DNA from: an archaeon
GTDB lineage: Archaea; Micrarchaeota; Micrarchaeia; CAILAH01
Length of the DNA: 58,878 nt
Direction of reading: 5' to 3'
NCBI GenBank assembly: GCA_024274875.1
Contig: JAJSAH010000012.1
Span: forward strand, 1-58,878
Under the pieces are notes generated by a model, which saw only the letters and a list, made by a program, of their open reading frames with translations, was not told where the DNA came from and ran no database searches. Positions within the stretch are counted from its first letter, which is position 1. The number at the start of each line of letters is the position of its first letter. This document shows positions 43,027 through 53,183 of this stretch, piece by piece. The translations under genes and the position numbers were made by a program.

Positions 43027-44478
43027 TTAACCTTTAATCACACCGTGCGGAATCATGCGCACTACGGGCTTTGCCAATCCTGCGCCCCTCACGCTGCCAA
43101 TAACATCATCGATATTTTTATATGCGCCAGGCGCTTCTTCCGAAATAATTTCTCTGCCAGTTGTCTTAACATATATGCCCTTGCTGTTAAGATTTTCACG
43201 CACTTTGCCTGGCGGATACTGCCTTATAGCCGCGTGCCTGCTCATTGTTCTGCCTGCACCGTGGCATACTGAATGAAATGATTCAGCTGATTCATCTGTT
43301 CCAACAAGCACATAACTCGCAGTGCCCATGCTGCCCGGTATGAGCACGGGCTGGCCAACCTCTCTGTATGTTGCTGGCACTTCAGATCTCCCAGCAGGCA
43401 TCGCGCGCGTAGCGCCTTTCCTATGCACCCAAACATACCCTCTTTTACCTTCTTCAAGCATGTGCTCCTCGCGCTTTGCTATGTTATGGCATACATCATA
43501 CAAAACATGCATGCCTAAATCTTCCGGGTCTTCCTTAAAAACAATGCCCATCGCTTCGCGCACCCAGTGCGTAAGCATCTGCCTGTTAGCAAATGCATAA
43601 TTAACTGCGCAGTTCATCGCTTTTATGTAATCCATTCCTTCGCGCGAACCTACCGGCGCATAAACGAGCTCTCTGTCAGGCAGTTTTATGTTATTTTTGC
43701 TGACATAATTATTGAACGCGCGTATGTAATCTGATGCAACTTGATGGCCTAACCCCCGCGATCCCATGTGCAGCATTATTACTAATTGGCCCTTGAATAA
43801 TCCAAACTTTTTTGAAGTATCTGCATCATATACTTCCTGCACTTCCTGTATCTCTATGAAATGGTTGCCTGAGCCAACTGTTCCCAACTGAGGCCTGCCC
43901 CTTCTGTATGCAATATCGCTTACTTTTTCAGGATCGCTGTTCTCCATCCTGCCGTTCTCTTCTATGTGCTGTTTATCATCATCCCAGCCATACCCGTTCT
44001 CAACTGCCCAGTCAACACCTTCTGAAAGCACTTTCGCAAGCTCAGAGTTATCTAATCTCACTTTGCCCTTGCTGCCGACCCCTGAAGGGCAGTTTTTGAA
44101 TATTTCATTAACCATCTCATGCAGCTTGCCCGCTGCATCATCATATTTTAAGTTTGTTTTCACTACTCGAACGCCGCAATTAATATCATAGCCTACGCCT
44201 CCGGGAGATACAATGCCTTCCTCATCTTTGAACGCTGCAACACCCCCTATTGGAAACCCATATCCTTCATGGCCATCAGGCATTAAATACGCTGCGCGAA
44301 CGATGCCGGGCAAAGTCGCAACATTGCGCAACTGCCCCAGAGTCCTATCATTCTGCATTTTTGCAAGCATTTTTTCAGAAGCAAATATAATGCCTGGCAC
44401 GCGCATGCCATCCTCTTTTCTTAAACGCCAAACATAATCAGAAACTTTCTCCATCTCAGCATTCCCGCTCATGACCAT
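43027..44478 (-). CDS. rtcB: RNA-splicing ligase RtcB
   Basis: PDGHEGYGFPIGGVAAF, GYDINCGVR, GSGNHF, HMGSRGLGHQVA, HRKGATRA. No intein. The exact start (44478, 44472 or 44454) is uncertain. Confidence 0.95.
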   Translation of the reverse strand: MVMSGNAEMEKVSDYVWRLRKEDGMRVPGIIFASEKMLAKMQNDRTLGQLRNVATLPGIVRAAYLMPDGHEGYGFPIGGVAAFKDEEGIVSPGGVGYDINCGVRVVKTNLKYDDAAGKLHEMVNEIFKNCPSGVGSKGKVRLDNSELAKVLSEGVDWAVENGYGWDDDKQHIEENGRMENSDPEKVSDIAYRRGRPQLGTVGSGNHFIEIQEVQEVYDADTSKKFGLFKGQLVIMLHMGSRGLGHQVASDYIRAFNNYVSKNNIKLPDRELVYAPVGSREGMDYIKAMNCAVNYAFANRQMLTHWVREAMGIVFKEDPEDLGMHVLYDVCHNIAKREEHMLEEGKRGYVWVHRKGATRAMPAGRSEVPATYREVGQPVLIPGSMGTASYVLVGTDESAESFHSVCHGAGRTMSRHAAIRQYPPGKVRENLNSKGIYVKTTGREIISEEAPGAYKNIDDVIGSVRGAGLAKPVVRMIPHGVIKG

Positions 44479-44530
44479 ATTAAAAAGTAATAAATTAAAA
44501 ATAGTTGGCGCATATACGAATAACGATATT

Positions 44531-45505
44531 ATGGATTATGTGCAGCTGGCATTGTATTTGTTATTTGGGACTGTGATTCTAATACTGATTGCGATGCATG
44601 TTGCACTGCGTAGGAAAACGCGGCTTAGCTTAAAAGAATTATTCATTCCAAAAGTCCGCGTTGCTGATTTCAGCCATGAAGCCGCAAGCGTAATCATACA
44701 TCCATTATTCTGGATAGTGAGCACAGGCATAGTGTCATTATTTGCTGTTGCACTCATACTCGGGTCGTATAACGAAATGATTGCGCTCGATTGGTTGCTG
44801 TTTGCGTTTTCGCTGGTATTGTTTTTCACATTTCTCGACCCCATCGCGTTATGGTTTGCCGAAGGCAGATATAAAGAGCCGTTGAGGTTTGTTGCAGGCG
44901 GGATGTCATACGGAGCATTATGCGCATTGTTCGCATTCCTCGCAAACTCGTTGCTCAACTCGCTCTTTATGCAGTTTGTAGAACCGGCAATCGCAGCAGT
45001 TATGATTATATCGCTGGCTCCGGTGATTGAAGAAATATTGAAAATGTATGGAGTTATAATTATCTCTGTGCACAGAGTGTTTAAGGGCACAATAGATGGC
45101 ATAATCACAGGGTTTGCTGTTGGCGCAGGGTTTGCGCTCATGGAGAACATATTCTACATAGTTACAAAAGTGCCTGCATATTCGCTCGATTTGATAGCGT
45201 TTCGCGCGATATACAATACGATTGCGCACGGCGCGTTCACCGCAATCGGAGGTGCAGTGCTCGGCAAGATTAGGATGACCTTTCCTAAACCAAACATTCT
45301 GTTGCTGTTCATCCCAATTTTCACCGCAATACTTATACACATATCATTCAATATACTTGCAATAGTGGATACAATAGCAGTGTACAGTTTTATTATAAAT
45401 TATTACATATTCAGCCCGCTTATGACACTTGCGCTGATGCTTATCATACTATACCTAATAATATACGCGAAGGATAAAATAAAATTAAGGAAAAGAAAAA
45501 ATTAG
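44531..45505 (+). CDS. PrsW-family intramembrane protease
   Basis: APVIEEILK (EExxK), MENIFY and HGAFTAIGG motifs in a polytopic protein. Start moved to the ATG at 44531 because 44471 would overlap the divergent rtcB start. Confidence 0.6.
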   Translation: MDYVQLALYLLFGTVILILIAMHVALRRKTRLSLKELFIPKVRVADFSHEAASVIIHPLFWIVSTGIVSLFAVALILGSYNEMIALDWLLFAFSLVLFFTFLDPIALWFAEGRYKEPLRFVAGGMSYGALCALFAFLANSLLNSLFMQFVEPAIAAVMIISLAPVIEEILKMYGVIIISVHRVFKGTIDGIITGFAVGAGFALMENIFYIVTKVPAYSLDLIAFRAIYNTIAHGAFTAIGGAVLGKIRMTFPKPNILLLFIPIFTAILIHISFNILAIVDTIAVYSFIINYYIFSPLMTLALMLIILYLIIYAKDKIKLRKRKN

Positions 45506-47169
45506 TACATGTCAGGGCCTCCGCCCATGCCTCCCATTCCGCCAGGCATACCACCGCCAGCAGGCGGCTGCGGCTTGCCCTTGCTTGCGATAACATCATC
45601 TATGCGCAGAATCATCTCAGCTGCTTCGGAAGCGCTCGACATCGCTTGTTTCTTTATCTTCAACGGTTCAATAATTCCTACGCTCTTCATGTCCTCTACC
45701 TTGCTTGCATACACATCAACTCCAAAAGTTGATGAACCTTCTGCATGCTTGGACCTCAGCGAAACCAATGTATCGATTGCATCCATCCCTGCGCTCTCAG
45801 CAAGCGTTTTTGGGATTATTTCAAGAGATTTGGCGAACGCCTCAACTGCCAACTGCTCCCTTCCGCCAATCTCCCTCGCATACTTCCTGAGCTCTTCAGC
45901 CAACTGCATCTCAGTGCTGCCGCCGCCATACACGAACATGCCATCCTCAACTGCGCTCGTAACTGAACCTATCGCATCTTTTATTGCACGCTCAACTTCA
46001 TTTACCACATGCTCACTGCCACCGCGTATGAATAATGTGACGCTTCTCGGGTTCTTGCATTCCCTAACGAATACCATCGCTTCGCCTGCCACTTTCTTTT
46101 CCTCAACAGTTCCCGCATAACCTAAATCTGAATCTGATATGTCATCAAGGCTTGTTACAATCTTTGCGCCGGTGGCTCTGCTCAGCTTCTCCATATCGCT
46201 TTTCTTAACCCTCCTAACAGCAAGTATCCCTCTCTTAGCAAGGAAATGCTGCGCAACATCATCGATTCCTTTTTGGCAGAATACAACATTCGCGCCGCTC
46301 GATGCAATCTTCTCTACCATGTTCTTCAGCATGTCCTCCTCTTGTTTGAGGAATGCAGTAAGCTGTTCAGGGGATGTAATTTCAATCTTTGCATCCGTCT
46401 CCGGCTTCTCAACTTCCAGCGCTGTGTCCACCAGAGCAACCTTCGCATCTTTAATAGATTTCGGCATGCCTGAATGCACTACTTCCTTGTCAATCAGCAC
46501 GCCTTTTATAAGCGATGTATCCTCCGTCTTGCCGCCCTCCTTCTTCTCAAGCTTAATCTGTTCGATGTCTATATCAATTGAGTCCTCTTTCTCGTCAGCA
46601 ACCAAAGCGATTGCATCAACAACCAAACCTGCCAGAAGCTGTTTAGATGAACCTACGCCTGCGCTCTTTGAGCCAAGAGATACCTCTGCAATCTTCTTTA
46701 AAGTTTCCTTATCAGATAATTTTACATCATTGCCTATCTTTCTCAATAACTCGCCCGCCTTTTCGGCAGCAGCCCTGTACCCTTTAACAATCGTGCTGGC
46801 GTGGATATTCTGATCAAGCAAATCGCCTGCGTTTTTGAGCAACTCACCAGCGATGGCTGCAGCAGTTGTTGTGCCGTCGCCCACTTCCTTATCCTGCGCC
46901 TTGGCAACCTCCACCATCAACTTGCCAGCAGGATGCTCTAAGTTCATCTCATCAAGAATAGTGGCTCCATCATTAGTAATCACGATGTCCCCTAAATCGC
47001 TTACCAGCATCTTGTCCATGCCTTTAGGTCCTAATGTAGAACGCACCGCGCTTGCAACTGCATATGCCACTGCAATGTTAGTGCGCTGCGCATCCCTGCC
47101 TATCATCCTGCTCGTGCCTTCAGGCAAGATTACCACAGGCTGTCCGCTCAAATTCGCATTGTTTGCCAT
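45502..47169 (-). CDS. ths: Thermosome subunit (group II chaperonin)
   Basis: [28 protein letters not shown]-terminal [20 protein letters not shown] at 47167-47169 with SD ggaggtg. Confidence 0.95.
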   Translation of the reverse strand: MANNANLSGQPVVILPEGTSRMIGRDAQRTNIAVAYAVASAVRSTLGPKGMDKMLVSDLGDIVITNDGATILDEMNLEHPAGKLMVEVAKAQDKEVGDGTTTAAAIAGELLKNAGDLLDQNIHASTIVKGYRAAAEKAGELLRKIGNDVKLSDKETLKKIAEVSLGSKSAGVGSSKQLLAGLVVDAIALVADEKEDSIDIDIEQIKLEKKEGGKTEDTSLIKGVLIDKEVVHSGMPKSIKDAKVALVDTALEVEKPETDAKIEITSPEQLTAFLKQEEDMLKNMVEKIASSGANVVFCQKGIDDVAQHFLAKRGILAVRRVKKSDMEKLSRATGAKIVTSLDDISDSDLGYAGTVEEKKVAGEAMVFVRECKNPRSVTLFIRGGSEHVVNEVERAIKDAIGSVTSAVEDGMFVYGGGSTEMQLAEELRKYAREIGGREQLAVEAFAKSLEIIPKTLAESAGMDAIDTLVSLRSKHAEGSSTFGVDVYASKVEDMKSVGIIEPLKIKKQAMSSASEAAEMILRIDDVIASKGKPQPPAGGGMPGGMGGMGGGPDMY

Positions 47170-47316
47170 TTCAAATACACCTCCAGAATTAAATAGAGTG
47201 TGATTATTCAAATGCATAAATTATAAATATATTTCTATTTGCGTTTTTTATAACCGCGCATCACGATTGCAACCTATTTAAAGGTTATAAGCAACTTATA
47301 AGCGAAGGCGGAATGC

Positions 47317-48015
47317 ATGAAGCATAAAGGAAGAGATAGGATTATTGAGCTTTTAGATGTGCATAAGAGCTATGCGATGGGAGATGCAGTCGTGCATGCG
47401 CTGAGAGGCATTACATTGCATGTTCATAGGGGAGAGTATATAAGCATACTCGGCCCAAGCGGCAGCGGGAAGAGCACATTATTGCATATGATGGGATTGC
47501 TTGATGTGCCCACAAGAGGAAAAGTGTTCGTAGACAGAGTTGACTCTGCAAACATGAGCAATGATGAGATGGCGCATGTGCGCGGAAAAAAGATTGGGTT
47601 TGTTTTTCAAGTGTTCAACCTTGTGCCCAGCTTAACCGCGCTCGAGAATGTTATGCTGCCGATGATGATATATGAAGTTGAGAAATATGAGAGAGAGAAA
47701 AGAGCATACGAACTGCTTGAACGGCTTGGGATGGAGAACAGGGCGTTGCATAAGCCGATGGAATTAAGCGGCGGGCAAAGGCAGAGGGTTGCGATTGCGC
47801 GCGCTCTTGCGAACGACCCGCCCATCATACTTGCAGACGAGCCCACAGGCAATCTCGACTCAAAAACAGGAGATGAGGTTGCTGAAATATTCGATGAACT
47901 AAATAAAGATGGAAAGACATTGATTATTGTTACTCATGATAAAGATATTGCAGACCACGCCAGCAGGATTATTAGAATAAGGGACGGCACTCTGCATAAA
48001 ATGAATAAGAGGTGA
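47317..48015 (+). CDS. ABC transporter ATP-binding protein, MacB/LolD/FtsE-like
   Basis: Walker A GPSGSGKST, signature LSGGQRQR, Walker B ILADEPT. Confidence 0.9.
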   Translation: MKHKGRDRIIELLDVHKSYAMGDAVVHALRGITLHVHRGEYISILGPSGSGKSTLLHMMGLLDVPTRGKVFVDRVDSANMSNDEMAHVRGKKIGFVFQVFNLVPSLTALENVMLPMMIYEVEKYEREKRAYELLERLGMENRALHKPMELSGGQRQRVAIARALANDPPIILADEPTGNLDSKTGDEVAEIFDELNKDGKTLIIVTHDKDIADHASRIIRIRDGTLHKMNKR

Positions 48016-48019
48016 TTGC

Positions 48020-49474
48020 ATGATGATTGGAAAATATGCATTAGCGGTTATTATGGTGTTCGCTGTATGTTTTGCGTCGTTTTCAATAACGAACTACAGC
48101 GTATCACCGCAGCAGGTTGAGCCGGGCGAGTATGGAACGGTTAATTTAGTGGTGAGCAATCTTGATTCAAGCAATTCAGTTGAAGGAATTTCTATAGCCA
48201 TCAGCAAGACGGGATACATAGATATGCAAAGCGATATTTCTGTTGGTGATTTGAGCCCAAGCGCATCGCTCACATTATCGATTCCTTTCAAAGTTGATGA
48301 TGGCGCGCCCACAGGCATATACGCATTCAGCATAGATATATACGGCCGTGCGATAAGCGCAAGCGGAAGCATGCAGACGCTCCATAAGAAAGTTCTTGCA
48401 TCAGTTAAAATAGTTAACACTCCTGCCATTCAGCTGTCGCTGGATGATTCTGAGTTGAGCGATGTGAGCCATAGGGAAATAATCATAAAAAATGACGGCG
48501 GGGAGGCAAAAAATATATACTTAAGCATAACAAGCGAAGGGTTTGGGTTCGCAGATAGGGATTTAGTGTATGTTGGAAGCGTTGCTGACTCAGCGAGCAT
48601 ACCTGTGATAATAGATGCAAGGGATGCTGATGAAGGATCGCAGAAAATTGCCTTTGAATTGGCATACCAAGATGCGCTGGGCAATGGATACTCAGAAACT
48701 CGAACTTTGCCTGTCATTGTGAGAAAAGAGAGCGGCGATTTCGTATTTGAGCAGGAAGAGCCCATAATCACGAGAACTGAGAGCGTTCTCAAATTAAATG
48801 TGATTAATGAGGGAAATGACATAGACAACCTAAGATTTTCAATTGCAGATGATGATGTGCAGTTGATTGGGATAAGCGAATATAAAATTGGAGACCTGCG
48901 CAAGGGAGAATCAAAAAATATTGAGGTGCCAGTGATAGCCGATGCTGAACCCGGAAGCAAATCGATAAAATTGAACTTGAAATGGGTTGAGCAAAACGAG
49001 AACCGCGAGGGAAGCAAATACATACCGATAAAAATCAGTTCAGATTCAGATGTGGGAGTTTACCTGGAAGCAAAACCTGCGCCTCTGTATGCGAACAGCG
49101 AGCACACAATCTCAATAACCATATCAAACCTTGGGTCCTACCCAATAGAAGCGACAACAGTTACATTCAACAGCGATGCATTCTACATGTTGAGCATACA
49201 ACCTGAACAATACATTGGCGGGCTTAATAAGGATGATTTCAGCAGCGTTCAATACAAAGTGAGAACAAAAGATGTCGCTGATGGAATGTATCCCGTGAAT
49301 ATTAAAGTGAAATACAGGGATGCCAGCGGAGAGTGGAAAACCAAAACATACACGACGAATGTTCAAGTGAGCAGGAAAATTAGCGCAGAAGATAACTCAT
49401 CAACATACATAATAATAGCAGCGATTGCGGTTATTGCTGGCGCATATTGGTTCATAATTAGGAAGAGAAAATGA
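48020..49474 (+). CDS. Secreted, C-terminally anchored protein with repeated CARDB/DUF11-like beta-sandwich domains (COG1361-like)
   Basis: N-terminal signal/TM, a repeating pattern (VSPQQVEPGEYGTVNLVVSN...), C-terminal TM YIIIAAIAVIAGAYWFIIRKRK. Confidence 0.6.
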   Translation: MMIGKYALAVIMVFAVCFASFSITNYSVSPQQVEPGEYGTVNLVVSNLDSSNSVEGISIAISKTGYIDMQSDISVGDLSPSASLTLSIPFKVDDGAPTGIYAFSIDIYGRAISASGSMQTLHKKVLASVKIVNTPAIQLSLDDSELSDVSHREIIIKNDGGEAKNIYLSITSEGFGFADRDLVYVGSVADSASIPVIIDARDADEGSQKIAFELAYQDALGNGYSETRTLPVIVRKESGDFVFEQEEPIITRTESVLKLNVINEGNDIDNLRFSIADDDVQLIGISEYKIGDLRKGESKNIEVPVIADAEPGSKSIKLNLKWVEQNENREGSKYIPIKISSDSDVGVYLEAKPAPLYANSEHTISITISNLGSYPIEATTVTFNSDAFYMLSIQPEQYIGGLNKDDFSSVQYKVRTKDVADGMYPVNIKVKYRDASGEWKTKTYTTNVQVSRKISAEDNSSTYIIIAAIAVIAGAYWFIIRKRK

Positions 49475-50688
49475 AACTGCTGGATATTGCAGGTTATTCA
49501 GTAAACAACCTGCGCTACAGAAAATTGAGGACATGGCTTACTATCCTCGGCATAGTTGTTGGGATTGCCACAATAATTGTTTTGGTAAGTCTTGCCGATG
49601 GGCTTAGGGAAGATGTGAATGAGCAGATGTCAACATTCGACCCTGATTCAATTTTCATATATCCAGCCAACATTGAGAAAACTGGCGCGACGGGAATCGC
49701 TGCATCTCAATTTATGCCCACATCAGGAAAATTGTTCGAGAAGGATTATTTGAAAATCAAGGCGTTGCCAGGAGTTGAGAACATTGCAAAAATCATACTT
49801 GGAAGGGCTTCCGTTAAGCATAAAGATCAAATAATCACAGCATCTATAACAGCAGTTGAGCCAAGCATATATGAGGGCATATCTACGATAAATATTGAGG
49901 AGGGCAGGTTTCTTTACGATTCTGATGCGCAGACAGCGGTTCTCGGATATTCTATAAGCAGAGATGCATTTGATGATGAAATTAAAGTCGGATCGATCAT
50001 TGAGATATTAGGAAAAAGATACAGAGTTGTAGGCATCATCGAGAAAACTGGGAATTCGTTCGCGCAGTTTGATAATATGATATTCATAAAGTTCGATGAA
50101 GGCAAAAAAATGTTTGCGGATTCGCTGTTGCCGAACGAAGTCAGTGCAATCAGGGTTAATGTTGCAGAAGGATATGATGTTAAGGAGGTTGGCGAGCAAA
50201 TAGAATATACATTAATGAATCTGCATAAAGTCGCAGAGGATGAGAAAGATTTTACTGTGATAACCGCTGACACATTAAACGAGCAGATTGGGTCAATAAT
50301 TGAAACGCTTACTATATTCTTGGGAGCAGTTGCGCTCATATCGCTCGCTGTTGGCACAATTGGCATATCAAACACAATGTTTATGGCAGTGATGGAGAGA
50401 ACAAAGGAGGTGGGTGTGCTTAAATCGATTGGCGCATCAAAACATCAGGTATTGCTCATATTTCTCATTGAAGCAGGAATCATCGGCATGCTGGGAGGAT
50501 TGTTGGGCATACTTATTGGCGCATCCATATCACTGCTGCTTGATGTGATAGGCGTTCAAACAAAAATTACTGTTGAGTTGGTTGCAGGCAGCTCTGCATT
50601 CGCATTCTTGGTTGGAATGGTTGCAGGCGTGGTGCCTGCTAAGAATGCTTCTGAAATACCTGCAATAGAAGCGCTGAGGTATGAATGA
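49471..50688 (+). CDS. ABC transporter permease, FtsX/MacB type
   Basis: N-terminal TM, large extracytoplasmic domain, C-terminal FtsX 3-TM block (ISNTMFMAVMERTKEVGVLKSIGA). Confidence 0.85.
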   Translation: MKLLDIAGYSVNNLRYRKLRTWLTILGIVVGIATIIVLVSLADGLREDVNEQMSTFDPDSIFIYPANIEKTGATGIAASQFMPTSGKLFEKDYLKIKALPGVENIAKIILGRASVKHKDQIITASITAVEPSIYEGISTINIEEGRFLYDSDAQTAVLGYSISRDAFDDEIKVGSIIEILGKRYRVVGIIEKTGNSFAQFDNMIFIKFDEGKKMFADSLLPNEVSAIRVNVAEGYDVKEVGEQIEYTLMNLHKVAEDEKDFTVITADTLNEQIGSIIETLTIFLGAVALISLAVGTIGISNTMFMAVMERTKEVGVLKSIGASKHQVLLIFLIEAGIIGMLGGLLGILIGASISLLLDVIGVQTKITVELVAGSSAFAFLVGMVAGVVPAKNASEIPAIEALRYE

Positions 50689-50689
50689 A

Positions 50690-51910
50690 ATGAAACTATT
50701 GGATATGATCGCATACTCTGTTAAATACCTTAAAACGCAGAGATTGAGGTCGTGGCTGACAATAATAGGGATTGTTATAGGCATAGCAACAATCGTGTCG
50801 CTCGTATCAATAGGCGATGGCATAAAAACAGATATTGAAAAACAAATGTCTGAGTTTGGAACGAACTCAATTATAATCGTTCCAGTTAACATTGAGAAAG
50901 AGGGGATGATGTTTGGGGGTGTGGGAAGAAGGCCAACGAGCGGAAAGCTGTTTGAAAAAGATTATGATAAAGTGAAAACTACTCCCGGAATCGAGTTGGT
51001 TGCGAGAGTGCTGTATTCGCGGACCAGCGTTGAGCATAAGGATAAGAAGGTGACTGCTCCAGTGTATGCAACCGATTCGGAGATATTTGATATGTGGCCT
51101 GATTACTTGGTTGTTGAGCAGGGCAGGTTGTTCGATGATAATGAGAGAGGAGTTGTTGTGCTTGGATACAGTGCAGCAAATGATATGTTCGGTTCGCATA
51201 ATATTAAGGTGAATAACAGAATAAAAATTGGTGGAAAAACATTCAGGGTTGTCGGGGTGATGAAGAAGATTGGCACATCATTGTCGCAAACTGATGACTC
51301 TGCTATATACATCCCTTATAAAGACGGTAGGGAGCTGTTTAAATCAACCTTGTTGGACAAAGAGATTAACATAATTATGGCAACTGTTGGAGAAGGGTAT
51401 GATGTTATAGGAGTTAAAGAAGCAATACAGCAGAAATTGCTTGCGCTGCATAAGGTCTCTGAGGAGGATAAGGATTTCAGCGTGATTACATCTGATTACA
51501 TAAAAAATGTTGTGGGGCAGGTTCTTGATACGATGTCCATATTTTTGCTTATAATCTCATCTGTGTCGGCATTCGTGGGCGGAATCGGAATATCCAATAC
51601 TATGTTCATGAGCGTGCTTAACAGAACGCGCGAGGTAGGAGTGCTTAAATCAATAGGCGCTAAAAAGAAAGATATATTGGCGCTGTTCGTAATTGAAGCA
51701 ATCATGCTGGGGCTTATCGGAGGGGTAATTGGATCAGCGATTGGCATAGCGATCGTTGATTTGGTGAATCAATACGGCATAGCAGCTTATGTAAACCCGC
51801 TGTTCCTTATCGCAGTTCTCATTTTCTCAATGATGATTGGAGTTGTTGCAGGAGCTATACCTGCATACAACGCATCAAACATACCTGCAATTGAAGCGTT
51901 GAGGTATTAA
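50690..51910 (+). CDS. ABC transporter permease, FtsX/MacB type, tandem paralog of the previous gene
   Basis: MKLLDMIAYSVKYLK parallels MKLLDIAGYSVNNLR. Also ISNTMFMSVLNRTREVGVLKSIGA. An alternative ATG at 50681 overlaps the upstream stop. Confidence 0.85.
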   Translation: MKLLDMIAYSVKYLKTQRLRSWLTIIGIVIGIATIVSLVSIGDGIKTDIEKQMSEFGTNSIIIVPVNIEKEGMMFGGVGRRPTSGKLFEKDYDKVKTTPGIELVARVLYSRTSVEHKDKKVTAPVYATDSEIFDMWPDYLVVEQGRLFDDNERGVVVLGYSAANDMFGSHNIKVNNRIKIGGKTFRVVGVMKKIGTSLSQTDDSAIYIPYKDGRELFKSTLLDKEINIIMATVGEGYDVIGVKEAIQQKLLALHKVSEEDKDFSVITSDYIKNVVGQVLDTMSIFLLIISSVSAFVGGIGISNTMFMSVLNRTREVGVLKSIGAKKKDILALFVIEAIMLGLIGGVIGSAIGIAIVDLVNQYGIAAYVNPLFLIAVLIFSMMIGVVAGAIPAYNASNIPAIEALRY

Positions 51911-51943
51911 TTTTTAATTAATGCCTGGCATTAAAATAAGCAT

Positions 51944-52027
51944 GCTGGGATGGCAGAGTCCGGTAATGCGCCTGGCTCGAGACCAGGTGGGCGCAAGCCC
52001 TTGTGGGTTCAAATCCCACTCCCAGCG
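51944..52027 (+). tRNA. tRNA-Ser (anticodon CGA), no intron
   Basis: Acceptor GCTGGGA/TCCCAGC, anticodon stem CCTGG/CCAGG, loop CTCGAGA, long variable arm, T arm GTGGG-TTCAAAT-CCCAC, discriminator G. Confidence 0.9.
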
Positions 52028-52052
52028 CTTGCATAACATAAAGGTGGGATGA

Positions 52053-53183
52053 ATGAAAGCAGTGTTTGGAAAGAGGATATATACCGGGGAAGATGCGATT
52101 GAAAATTCATACGTCGCATTTGAGGATGGAAATATTGTATCAGTGAGCGCTGACAAACCTGATTGCGAAATTATAGGGGAGTATGAAGTGATAACACCTG
52201 CGTTCATAGATGCGCATTCGCACATAGGAATGGAGAGGGCTGGCGAACCTTCCGAGGATGGCGATGTGAATGAGCAAATGGAATCGATTATGTTCGAGAG
52301 CGATGCGCTCGATGCAATACAGATGGATGATAAATCTTTCGCTGATTCAGTTGAGAACGGAATATTATACTCGTGCGTTCTGCCGGGCAGCGGAAATATC
52401 ATCGGCGGCAGGGCAGTGGTAGTGCGCAATTACGCAAAGAACACTGAACAAGCATTCATTAAATACTCCGGAATTAAGTCCGCATTCGGATACAATCCAA
52501 AGAGCACAACTGACTGGAAAGGCGCGAGACCCAGCACGCGCATGGGTTCTGTTGCGCTGTTCAGGACCGCGCTTAAAAAAGCGCAGAAAACGATGAAACT
52601 CTTGGAGATGGATAAGAAAAACATAAATGAAATTGAACCGCAGGAAGAGATTATAATTAAACTCTTGAAAAGGGAGGAGAGGTTGAGAGTGCATGTGCAT
52701 AAGGAAGATGATATAAGCGCGCTTATAAGAATGCGCGATGAGTTCAACCTTAATATTGCAGTTGAGCATACCTGCGATGTTAACAGCCAGCGCGCGTATG
52801 AGATGCTAAAACAGAGAGGAATACCTGTTGTTTACGGGCCTGTTGATGGGTTTGCGTACAAAGTTGAGCTTAAACATGAGAATTGGAGAAATATAGAACA
52901 TCTGCTTAAAAGCGGGGTTAGGTTCGGGCTCATGACTGATCACCCGGTAATACTGCAACGCATGCTGCTGTATCAGTTAAGATACTTCTTGAGGTTCGGG
53001 TTAAGCAAGAGCGAGTGCATTAAAATAATTACGAAAAATAATGCAGAAATACTGGGAATCAATGATGTGCTGGGAACAATAACCGAGCGGAAGAAGGCAT
53101 CGTTGGTGTGTTGGAATGGGGATCCTTTTGATATGAGTGCATTCCCAGTCAGCGTGATTGCTGAGGGCAAAGCGATTCTATGA
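52053..53183 (+). CDS. Metal-dependent amidohydrolase superfamily protein
   Basis: ITPAFIDAHSHIG (HxH metal motif). 376 aa. Substrate unknown. Confidence 0.7.
   Translation: MKAVFGKRIYTGEDAIENSYVAFEDGNIVSVSADKPDCEIIGEYEVITPAFIDAHSHIGMERAGEPSEDGDVNEQMESIMFESDALDAIQMDDKSFADSVENGILYSCVLPGSGNIIGGRAVVVRNYAKNTEQAFIKYSGIKSAFGYNPKSTTDWKGARPSTRMGSVALFRTALKKAQKTMKLLEMDKKNINEIEPQEEIIIKLLKREERLRVHVHKEDDISALIRMRDEFNLNIAVEHTCDVNSQRAYEMLKQRGIPVVYGPVDGFAYKVELKHENWRNIEHLLKSGVRFGLMTDHPVILQRMLLYQLRYFLRFGLSKSECIKIITKNNAEILGINDVLGTITERKKASLVCWNGDPFDMSAFPVSVIAEGKAIL

Noticed and set aside
44454-44531. Apparent 8-nt head-to-head overlap of rtcB (start 44478) and the PrsW-like gene (start 44471)
   Set aside because: Divergent genes cannot share promoter space this way. 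It is resolved by using the internal ATG at 44531 for the PrsW-like gene, whose first 20 track residues are non-hydrophobic and unconserved-looking. No biology is implied.
45509-46813. Plus-strand ORFs of 203 and 224 aa (45509-46120, 46139-46813)
   Set aside because: Antisense to the thermosome gene. Low-complexity shadow ORFs.
5169-52027. Integrated mobile element or prophage at one of the three tRNA genes
   Set aside because: No integrase, transposase or phage-like genes are present. I found no duplicated tRNA 3' fragment (att-like direct repeat). Flanking genes are housekeeping.
53149-53183. 35-nt convergent overlap of the amidohydrolase and HD-phosphohydrolase 3' ends as a regulatory antisense feature
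   Set aside because: Short convergent overlaps are common in this very compact segment (also 23582-23585 and 13212-13219). There is no additional structure to support a specific function.
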